DNA from: Macrostomum lignano
Taxonomy: Eukaryota
Assembly (NCBI GenBank): GCA_002269645.1
Contig: NIVC01000516.1
Location: 62,001-126,000 of the forward strand
DNA: 64,000 bases
Direction: 5' to 3'
Positions 53,855 through 64,000 of this stretch are shown here, piece by piece. The notes beneath the pieces were generated by a model. It did no database searches and had not been told where the DNA came from. It saw only the letters and a list, made by a program, of their open reading frames with translations. The position numbers were made by a program, and so were the translations under genes. Position 1 is the stretch's first letter. Each line of letters starts with the position of its first letter.

Positions 53855-56800
53855 CTCTCCTCTCACCCACCATCTTTCCCCTCATCCCACCATCTCTCCC
53901 CTCATCCCACCATCTCTCCCCTCATCCCACTATCTCTCCCCTCATCCCACGATCTCTCCCCTCATCCCACCATCTCTCCCCTCATCCCACTATCTCTCCC
54001 CCTCACCCCACTATCTCTCCCCTCATCCCACCATCTCTCCCCTCATCCCACTATCTCTCCCCTCATCCCACGATCTCTCCCCTCATCCCACGATCTCTCC
54101 CCTCATCCCACTATCTCTCCCCTCATCCCACGATCTCTCCCCTCATCCCACCATCTCTCCCCCTCACCCCACGATCTCTCCCCTCATCCCACCATCTCTC
54201 CCCTCATCCCACTATCTCTCCCATCATCCCACTATCTCTCCCCTCATCCCACGATCTCTCCCCTCATCCCACCATCTCTCCCCTCACCCAACGATCTCTC
54301 CCCCTCACCCCACGATCTCTCCCCCTCATCCCACGATCTCTCCCCCTCATCCCACGATCTCTCCCCTCATCCCACCATCTCTCCCCTCACCCCACGATCT
54401 CTCCCCTCATCCCACCATCTCTCCCCTCATCCCAGTATCTCTCCCCTCATCCCACCATCTCTCCCCTCATCCCACCATCTCTCCCCCTCACCCACCATCT
54501 CTCCCCTCATCCCAGTATCTCTCCCCTCATCCCACCATCTCTCCCCCTCATCCCACCATCTCTCCCCCTCACCCCACGATCTCTCCCCTCATCCCACGAT
54601 CTCTCCCCCTCACCCACCATCTCTCCCCTCACCCACGATCTCTCCCCTCACCCCACGATCTCTCCCCTCATCCCACGATCTCTCCCCTCACCCCACGATC
54701 TCTCCCCTCATCCCACGATCTCTCCCCTCATCCCACGATCTCTCCCCTCATCCCACCATCTCTCCCCCTCACCCCACGATCTCTCCCCCTCACCCCACGA
54801 TCTCTCCCCCTCATCCCACGATCTCTCCCCCTCACCCCACGATCTCTCCCCCTCATCCCACGATCTCTCCCCTCATCCCACCGTCTCTCCCCCTCACCCC
54901 ACGATCTCTCCCCTCATACCACCATCTCTCCCCTCATCCCACCATCTCTCCCCTCATCCCACTATCTCTCCCCCTCACCCCACTATCTCTCCCCTCACCC
55001 CACTATCTCTCCCCTCACCCACCATCTCTCCCCTCATCCCAGTATCTCTCCCCTCATCCCACCATCTCTCCCCTCATCCCACCATCTCTCCCCCTCACCC
55101 CACGATCTCTCCCCTCATCCCACGATCTCTCCCCCTCACCCCACGATCTCTCCCCCTCATCCCACGATCTCTCCCCTTCATCCCACGATCTCTCCCCTCA
55201 TCCCACCATCTCTCCCCCTCACCCCACGATCTCTCCCCTCATCCCACCATCTCTCCCCTCATCCCACCATCTCTCCCCTCATCTCACTATGTCTCCCCCT
55301 CACCCCACTATCTCTCCCCTCACCCACCATCTCTCCCCTCATCCCAGTATCTCTCCCCTCATCCCACCATCTCTCCCCTCATCCCACTATCTCTCCCCTC
55401 ACCCACCATCTCTCCCCTCATCCCAGTATCTCTCCCCTCATCCCACCATCTCTCCCCTCATCCCACGATCTCTCCCCTCATCCCACCATCTCTCCCCTCA
55501 TCCCACGATCTCTCCCCCTCACCCCACGATCTCTCCCCCTCACCCCACGATCTCTCCCCCTCATCCCACGATCTCTCCCCTCATCCCACCGTCTCTCCCC
55601 CTCACCCCACGATCTCTCCCCTCATACCACCATCTCTCCCCTCATCCCACCATCTCTCCCCTCATCCCACTATCTCTCCCCTCACCCCACTATCTCTCCC
55701 CTCACCCCACTATCTCTCCCCTCACCCCACTATCTCTCCCCTCACCCACCATCTCTCCCCTCATCCCAGTATCTCTCCCCTCATCCCACCATCTCTCCCC
55801 CTCACCCCACGATCTCTCCCCTCATCCCACGATCTCTCCCCCTCACCCCACGATCTCTCCCCCTCATCCCACGATCTCTCCCCCTCATCCCACGATCTCT
55901 CCCCTCATCCCACCATCTCTCCCCCTCACCCCACGATCTCTCCCCTCATCCCACCATCTCTCCCCTCATCCCACCATCTCTCCCCTCATCTCACTATCTC
56001 TCCCCCTCACCCCACTATCTCTCCCCTCACCCACCATCTCTCCCCTCATCCCAGTATCTCTCCCCTCATCCCACCATCTCTCCCTCATCCCACCATCTCT
56101 CCCCCTCACCCACCATCTCTCCCCTCATCCCAGTATCTCTCCCCTCATCCCACCATCTCTCCCCCTCATCCCACCATCTCTCCCCTCACCCCACGATCTC
56201 TCCCCTCATCCCACGATCTCTCCCCCTCACCCACCATCTCTCCCCTCACCCCACGATCTCTCCCTCTCACCCCACTATCTCTCCCCTCACCCACCATCTC
56301 TCCCCTCATCCCAGTATCTCTCCCCTCATCCCACCATCTCTCCCCTCATCCCACCATCTCTCCCCCTCACCCACCATCTCTCCCCTCATCCCAGTATCTC
56401 TCCCCTCATCCCACCATCTCTCCCCCTCATCCCACCATCTCTCCCCCTCACCCCACGATCTCTCCCCTCATCCCACGATCTCTCCCCCTCACCCACCATC
56501 TCTCCCCTCACCCTACGATCTCTCCCCTCACCCCACGATCTCTCCCCTCATCCCACGATCTCTCCCCTCATCCCACCGTCTCTCCCCCTCACCCCACGAT
56601 CTCTCCCCTCATACCACCATCTCTCCTCTCATCCCACCATCTCTCCCCTCATCCCACGATCTCTCCCCTCATCCCACGATCTCTCCCCTCATCCCACGAT
56701 CTCTCCCCTCATCCCACCATCTCTCCCCTCATCCCACGATCTCTCCCCCTCACCCCACGATCTCTCCCCCTCATCCCACGATCTCTCCCCCTCACCCCAC

Positions 56801-57225
56801 GATCTCTCCCCCTCATCCCACGATCTCTCCCCTCATCCCACCGTCTCTCCCCCTCACCCCACGATCTCTCCCCTCATACCACCATCTCTCCCCTCATCCC
56901 ACCATCTCTCCCCTCATCCCACTATCTCTCCCCCTCACCCCACTATCTCTCCCCTCACCCCACTATCTCTCCCCTCACCCACCATCTCTCCCCTCATCCC
57001 AGTATCTCTCCCCTCATCCCACCATCTCTCCCCTCATCCCACCATCTCTCCCCTCATCCCACCATCTCTCCCCCTCACCCCACGATCTCTCCCCTCATCC
57101 CACGATCTCTCCCCTCATCCCACCATCTCTCCCCCTCACCCCACCATCTCTCCCCTCACCCCACCATCTCTCCCCCTCACCCACCATCTCTCCCCTCACC
57201 CCACTATCTCTCCTCTCACCCTCTG
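53855..57225. repeat. 3.4-kb pyrimidine-rich minisatellite (~21-23 bp, ATCTCTCCCCTCATCCCACS)
   Basis: About 150 variable units. Confidence 0.97.
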
Positions 57226-57879
57226 CCAGCCTTCTCTCCTTCGCTCCCCTGCTCTATTTTCTCTCTTCCCACTCTTGTCTCACGATGGAATTTCTTGTCT
57301 CCTCCCATATTTAAAGCTATTCTAATTTTTCATCTCTAAATTTCCTCCCCGATCCGAGGGTACCGCAGTGACCCAGTTTCTGTCCTTCATCTTTCATCGC
57401 CAATTGAATGCCGACTATTCAGCACAAGCAAAATAGAGAAGCAAACAAAAGCCAAGCAAAAATACCCATGCCGCCACTCAGGAAGTTGAAGTCTGTCAGG
57501 TCATTGTTTTCTATTCCAAAATATACAGAACTGCTGCAGCGTGATCGGGGCTCACGCAATCTGCCCCCACCCGCTCCCCCTACCTTGGCTCACCTGTCGC
57601 CAATAGCATTCATATCCGACATCAAGTCAGGACAATGTGAGCTGTCTGAAATTTTCGGTTTCCTGCAAAAAATTTCTCTCTGTCTTCCAGGCCGGCTTTT
57701 CCGCGTTTAGCCAATTCAGTGCGTCCCAAGTCGGAAACTGCGTCATAAATGATGAGGCTTCGCTGTTTGCAAACTGGTTTGTCGGGGTGCTTTACCTGCT
57801 TCCAACCCGTACCATTGGTAATGTTGTTTGCGAATTATGACTGCGGATTTATTAAAGAGGTGCAGCTGCTGATGGAGTT

Positions 57880-58455
57880 TTGTGTTGTTTTCTTGTTGTT
57901 GTTGTTGTTTTTGTTGTTGTTGTGTTATTGTTGTTGTGTTGTTGTTGTTGTGTTGTTTTTGTTGTTGTATTATTGTGTTGTTATGTTGTTGTTGCTGTTG
58001 TTATTGCTGTGGATCCTCATCATTCCTCTCTTTCTCCAGCAGCTTTACTCTCTCCCGGAAGTCTTTCCACAGCGAGAAGCACTCCCGGGGTTGCTGGCAC
58101 AGCACGCTGAGGTCTTCGATGCCTCTTTTGTTGTTGTTGTTGTTGTTTTATTGTTGTTGTTATGTTGTTGTTGTTGTTGTTGTTATTGTTGTTGGTTGTG
58201 TTGTGTTGTTGTTGTTGTTATGTTGTTGCTTTTGTTGTGTTGTTGTTTTTTGTTGTTGATGTTGCATTATTGTTATTGCTTTTTGTCGGTTTTTTGTTGT
58301 TGTTGTTTTTGTTGTGATATTGTTGTTCTTATGTTGTCGTTGTTGTTGTTGTTGTTGTGGTTTTTGTGTTACTGTTTTTTGTTGGTTTGTTGTTGTTGTT
58401 GTGTTGTGGTTTTTTATTGTTGTTGTCGTGTCATTGTTGTTGTTTTGTTGTTGTT
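57880..58455. repeat. Degenerate (TGT)n in two blocks
   Basis: Direct observation. Confidence 0.92.
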
Positions 58456-58514
58456 TCTCTGCTCTTTATCTCTCTCCCAATACTCTTCTCCTCCCTCGTC
58501 TCTTCGAGAGCAGA

Positions 58515-58710
58515 GCAGCTCAGCGGTGAGCGCGTCTGACTCTCGCGCCACGACCCCGGGTTCGATTCCGCTCGCAGCCGCATTCATTGGAGCTTGTGTG
58601 CTCGAAAATTGGCTGGTGGGCTGTCGTGCGGTGCGATCCCCCCATGAGAGCCGACCCCCAAGGTACAGAGAGTGTATATGCCTGACGATTAGAACGTGTA
58701 TGAGTTCTCG
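58515..58710 (+). mobile_element. SINE family S1 copy with clear tRNA head
   Basis: A box AGCTCAGCGGTGAGC, B box GGTTCGATTCC, body GAGAGCCGACCCCCAAGGTACAGAGAGTGTATATGCC. Confidence 0.8.
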
Positions 58711-59529
58711 GTCCTCTTCTCTTCCTTCTCAACTCCGTGACTCCTGCACCTGTTCCTGAAAATGTACCAGTATAGCCAGCGGAGAAAGGAAATTCCAGGT
58801 GTCAGAGTAAAAATTAGTAGACTAAAAGACGAGATGGATTTGCCCGGCTTGTTGGCTTGGCTGAGGCCCACCGGGCGGTTAATCGGATCGATAAAGGCCT
58901 GATTGACAGGTGCAGAGAGACTGGCTGGGGCAGTAGAGGAATAGCGAGGGCTCAGCTTGAGGACTCTTTTAGTCTCTCAGCTCTGCATGGCCGCTGCTTC
59001 TGCTGCTGCTGCTATTGCTGCTTTTGCAACAAAGCACACAGCTAAACTGCAGGACCCGCAGGCCTGTTGGCATTCAGCATTTTTACGGGGAACGGGGAGC
59101 TGGGCTTTGAAATATTCATCCGCGAAGAGGAAACGAGAGATGAGGGGTGGGGGGAGGGGTAGGCAAGGTAGAGATGAAGCCAGGGATGCTGGGTCTGTGT
59201 GGGTGAGCATTCTGGATGAGTAGAATAATCAGGGCCTTGGATGGGGGAGGAGGCTGCAGCTGAATGGGCTGGTCTCACAGCTATTAGGCTGTGAAACCTG
59301 TCTGAAGGACCGCGAAAAAGCCGGTATTTTCCTGTTTCTCCTATCTGTACTGCAGCAGGGGTGCAGACCAGCGCTTGCATGAGACAATTCACCAAAATTA
59401 TAAATCTTTTTATAATTACATTTTTCTAGAAGTGCCACTAATCCATTGTAGAATCGTCTGCACCAAATACTTAGTGCACCAGAATTGCCCAAAAAATCGC
59501 CGCCCCTCTGATATTGCCTCAAGAAAATC

Positions 59530-60345
59530 ACCCTAGAGAATCGCCCTAGAGAATCGCCCTAGAGAATTGCCCTAGAGAATCGCCCTAGAGAATCGGCTCT
59601 AGAGAATCGCCCTAGAGAATCGCCCTAGAGAATTGCCCTAGAGAATCGCCTAGAGAATCGCCCTAGAGAATCGCCCTAGAGAATCAACCTAGAGAATCGC
59701 CCTAGAGAATCGCCCTAGAGAATCGCCCTAGAGAATCGGCTCTAGAGAATCGCCCTAGAGAATCGCCCAAGAGAATCGCCCTAGAGAATCGCCCTTGAGA
59801 ATCGCCCTTGAGAATCGCCCTAGAGAATCGCCTAGAGAATCGCCCTAGAGAATCGCCCTAGAGAATCGCCCTAGAGAATCGCCCTAGAGAATCGTCCTAG
59901 AGAATCGCCCTAGAGAATCGCCCTTGAGAATCGCCCTTGAGAATCGCCCTAGAGAATCGCCCTAGAGAATCGCCCTAGAGAATCGCCCTTGAGAATCGCC
60001 CTAGAGAATCGCCCTAGAGAATCGCCCTAGAGAATCGCCCTAGAGAATCGCCCTAGAGAATCGCCATAGAGAATCAACCTAGAGAATCGCCCTAGAGAAT
60101 CGCCTCTAGAGAATCGCCTCTAGAGAATCGCCCTAGAGAATCGCCCTAGAGAATCGCCCTAGAGAATCGCCCTAGAGAATCGCCCTAGAGAATCGCCCTA
60201 GAGAATCGCCCTAGAGAATCGCCATAGAGAATCAACCTAGAGAATCGCCCTAGAGAATCGCCCTAGAGAATCGCCTCTAGAGAATCGCCCTAGAGAATCG
60301 CCCTAGAGAATCGCCCTAGAGAATCGCCCTAGAGAATCGCCCTAA
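59530..60345. repeat. 13-bp tandem repeat (CGCCCTAGAGAAT)n
   Basis: About 60 units. Confidence 0.97.
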
Positions 60346-60923
60346 AGGAGCAATCTATAACTTAATTCAGCAATTCAATAAGCCAAGTGCAAACGCATAA
60401 TTTCAATTTACTGCAATGCAACTGCTGTTTCACTTCCCTGTAGATTCGCAAACTCACAAGCTAGATTGGAGAATAAAATACAAAAAATCATACACTTATG
60501 CTGAGGACACAAGGATGAGGAACTAGCAACAGAGTGGCCAGCTCCTCAGTTCAGCTGCGGGAAAAAATTGTTGACAAACTTGAGCTGATGAAGAGAGAGA
60601 GAGAGAGGAAAGCCAGAAAATGAGTAAAATGAGCAGTGGCTTGGCTTCCAGCTGCCGCTTAGCCCCATCAACAGGGCCGCCGCCCCTCGAAAATCGACTC
60701 AACCGAGTAGTAAGCAGAGTTTGTGCTCGGCGCGCCAACCCGCCGAACGATAAATAAATTATGCCCCATCAGGGCAATTTCGTTCAAGTCTCCCAGCCTG
60801 CCCACTATATGACCAGTCAGTGCAATTCTGCTTATCTGCGAGGGTTGCAGAAACATCAAGGAGACCCACAGAGCCAAAACCTGGACTGACAAATTCCAAC
60901 TCTAAATTTCTGACTGACTTCAA

Positions 60924-63172
60924 GCTGGCGCCCCTTGGTGCTGGCGCCCCTTGGTGCTGGCGCCCCTTGGTGCTGGCGCCCCTTGGTGCTGGCGCCCCTT
61001 GGTGCTGGCGCCCCTTGGTGCTGGCGCCCCTTGGTGCTGGCGCCCCTTGGTGCTGGCGCCCCTTGGTGCTGGCGCCCCTTGGTGCTGGCGCCCCTTGGTG
61101 CTGGCGCCCCTTGGTGCTGGCGCCCCTTGGTGCTGGCGCCCCTTGGTGCTGGCGCCCCTTGGTGCTAAAGCCCCTTGGTGCTAAAGCCCCTTGGTGCTGG
61201 CGCCCCTTGGTGCTGGCGCCCCTTGGTGCTGGCGCCCCTTGGTGCTGGCGCCCCTTGGTGCTGGCGCCCCTTGGTGCTGGCGCCCCTTGGTGCTGGCGCC
61301 CCTTGGTGCTGGCGCCCCTTGGTGCTGGCGCCCCTTGGTGCTGGCGCCCCTTGGTGCTAAAGCCCCTTGGTGCTGGCGCCCCTTGGTGCTGGCGCCCCTT
61401 GGTGCTGGCGCCCCTTGGTGCTGGCGCCCCTTGGTGCTGGCGCCCCTTGGTGCTGGCGCCCCTTGGTGCTGGCGCCCCTTGGTGCTGGCGCCCCTTGGTG
61501 CTGGCGCCCCTTGGTGCTGGCGCCCCTTGGTGCTGGCGCCCCTTGATGCTAAAGCCCCTTGGTGCTGGCGCCCCTTGGTGCTGGCGCCCCTTGGTGCTGG
61601 CGCCCCTTGGTGCTGGCGCCCCTTGGTGCTGGCGCCCCTTGGTGCTGGCGCCCCTTGGTGCTGGCGCCCCTTGGTGCTGGCGCCCCTTGGTGCTGGCGCC
61701 CCTTGGTGCTGGCGCCCCTTGGTGCTGGCGCCCCTTGGTGCTAAAGCCCCTTGGTGCTAAAGCCCCTTGGTGCTAAAGCCCCTTGGTGCTAAAGCCCCTT
61801 GGTGCTGGCGCCCCTTGGTGCTAAAGCCCCTTGGTGCTGGCGCCCCTTGGTGCTGGCGCCCCTTGGTGCTGGCGCCCCTTGGTGCTGGCGCCCCTTGGTG
61901 CTGGCGCCCCTTGGTGCTGGCGCCCCTTGGTGCTAAAGCCCCTTGGTGCTAAAGCCCCTTGGTGCTAAAGCCCCTTGGTGCTAAAGCCCCTTGGTGCTAA
62001 AGCCCCTTGGTGCTGGCGCCCCTTGGTGCTGGCGCCCCTTGGTGCTGGCGCCCCTTGGTGCTGGCGCCCCTTGGTGCTGGCGCCCCTTGGTGCTGGCGCC
62101 CCTTGGTGCTGGCGCCCCTTGGTGCTGGCGCCCCTTGGTGCTGGCGCCCCTTGGTGCTGGCGCCCCTTGGTGCTGGCGCCCCTTGGTGCTGGCGCCCCTT
62201 GGTGCTGGCGCCCCTTGGTGCTGGCGCCCCTTGGTGCTGGCGCCCCTTGGTGCTGGCGCCCCTTGGTGCTAAAGCCCCTTGGTGCTGGCGCCCCTTGGTG
62301 CTAAAGCCCCTTGGTGCTGGCGCCCCTTGGTGCTAAAGCCCCTTGGTGCTAAAGCCCCTTGGTGCTGGCGCCCCTTGGTGCTAAAGCCCCTTGGTGCTAA
62401 AGCCCCTTGGTGCTAAAGCCCCTTGGTGCTAAAGCCCCTTGGTGCTAAAGCCCCTTGGTGCTAAAGCCCCTTGGTGCTAAAGCCCCTTGGTGCTAAAGCC
62501 CCTTGGTGCTAAAGCCCCTTGGTGCTGGCGCCCCTTGGTGCTGGCGCCCCTTGGTGCTAAAGCCCCTTGGTGCTAAAGCCCCTTGGTGCTAAAGCCCCTT
62601 GGTGCTAAAGCCCCTTGGTGCTAAAGCCCCTTGGTGCTAAAGCCCCTTGGTGCTAAAGCCCCTTGGTGCTAAAGCCCCTTGGTGCTAAAGCCCCTTGGTG
62701 CTAAAGCCCCTTGGTGCTAAAGCCCCTTGGTGCTAAAGCCCCTTGGTGCTAAAGCCCCTTGGTGCTAAAGCCCCTTGGTGCTAAAGCCCCTTGGTGCTAA
62801 AGCCCCTTGGTGCTAAAGCCCCTTGGTGCTAAAGCCCCTTGGTGCTAAAGCCCCTTGGTGCTAAAGCCCCTTGGTGCTAAAGCCCCTTGGTGCTAAAGCC
62901 CCTTGGTGCTAAAGCCCCTTGGTGCTAAAGCCCCTTGGTGCTAAAGCCCCTTGGTGCTAAAGCCCCTTGGTGCTAAAGCCCCTTGGTGCTAAAGCCCCTT
63001 GGTGCTAAAGCCCCTTGGTGCTAAAGCCCCTTGGTGCTAAAGCCCCTTGGTGCTAAAGCCCCTTGGTGCTAAAGCCCCTTGGTGCTAAAGCCCCTTGGTG
63101 CTAAAGCCCCTTGGTGCTAAAGCCCCTTGGTGCTAAAGCCCCTTGGTGCTAAAGCCCCTTGGTGCTGGCGCC
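60924..63172 (+). repeat. 16-bp satellite array 2, same family as 43515-45156 in opposite orientation
   Basis: About 140 units; GGCG-variant block followed by TAAAG-variant block. Confidence 0.98.
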
Positions 63173-64000
63173 GGCTAAAAATCCTGGGTCATAACCGAGT
63201 CTAGTTTTAAAGTTTCTCTTTCAAGTTTTCAGAGTCTCAATCAAGAAAAACATACAGACATAAAATGTTCATTCCTTGACAGTAAAACTTATTGTTTCCC
63301 CAAAGAAGGAGCCTGTCGAGTAATGATTTTTTTATTCGCATCAGAAAATGCGACAAATGAGGAATAGTTCACTGTTCCAGATCCTGCTTCCAGGGTCTCC
63401 CTGGATGAGTCGAATAACCGCTGTTCCCGCCTAACACACACACACACTAGCTTGGCCAGCGCCTTGGGGATTCGACCTCTGGACTGCATGGAAGCAATTC
63501 AATGTAGCGAGGTGGAGAATTGGACATTTTCATTTTCTCCCTTCACAGTCAGTATCCAATCCCCTTTTTCTTCCTATAGATTTTTATTATCCCCCGAGTC
63601 GTGAAATTCGCTGTTCAGGAAGCCATAATTAGCATGTTACACGAGTTGTTCCTTTAATGTTCGCCGAAAGTCATTATTTTCTCAGCCCCTCACCGTCTAA
63701 TGGTCCAACTCATACCATACTGAAAGGTACTTAGCGGCCAGCTCGGCTTGGCCCAGGGTTAGTTTTATTTTCCTTGCATAATTAATGATTAACAGACTCT
63801 GTTGGCCAGTGTCTGGCCTGAGTGTGTGTGGGCACTGGGATCGGTGATAAGACTTAACTCAACCACGAGCTGTCGCAAATGCTGAGCCACTCTGTTCTGT
63901 CTTTTTTAATCTCTCAATTGACCGCACATTGCTGTTCGCTTCTTTACAGCAATGCACTGCCCCCTGTCTGCGCCTCTGCTGTCGTCGCTTATCTCCGGGC

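Overview
Eukaryotic (metazoan) genomic DNA. GC/Ala-rich exons and introns packed with tandem repeats suggest a free-living flatworm such as Macrostomum; this is an inference, not a database result. Host genes: the 3' part of androglobin (+, <1-4264); a possible HAUS8-like gene (+, terminal exon 23745-24659); a single-exon RSRC1-like gene (+, 26839-27411); a complete 6-exon plastin/fimbrin gene (+, 29520-36256); and an anion-selective Cys-loop receptor (-, 38931->49570, 5' exons not found). Positions 6.5-20.8 kb form a nest of retroelements. LINE A (LOA/R1-like, 6564-12456, 13-bp TSD) is interrupted by a 1111-bp solo LTR with a 4-bp TSD. LINE B (15127-19824, 12-13-bp TSD) sits inside a second probable solo LTR. 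Also present are a tRNA-derived SINE family (about 8 copies), a CORE-like SINE, a hAT-type MITE and about 25 tandem arrays. The two best leads are (1) an HDV-like ribozyme fold whose predicted cleavage G coincides with the TSD-defined 5' end of LINE B, and (2) a solo LTR that carries two tandem tRNA-Leu primer-binding-site units inside its integrated boundaries. All structures were folded by eye and all homologies come from remembered motifs, so both need computational confirmation.
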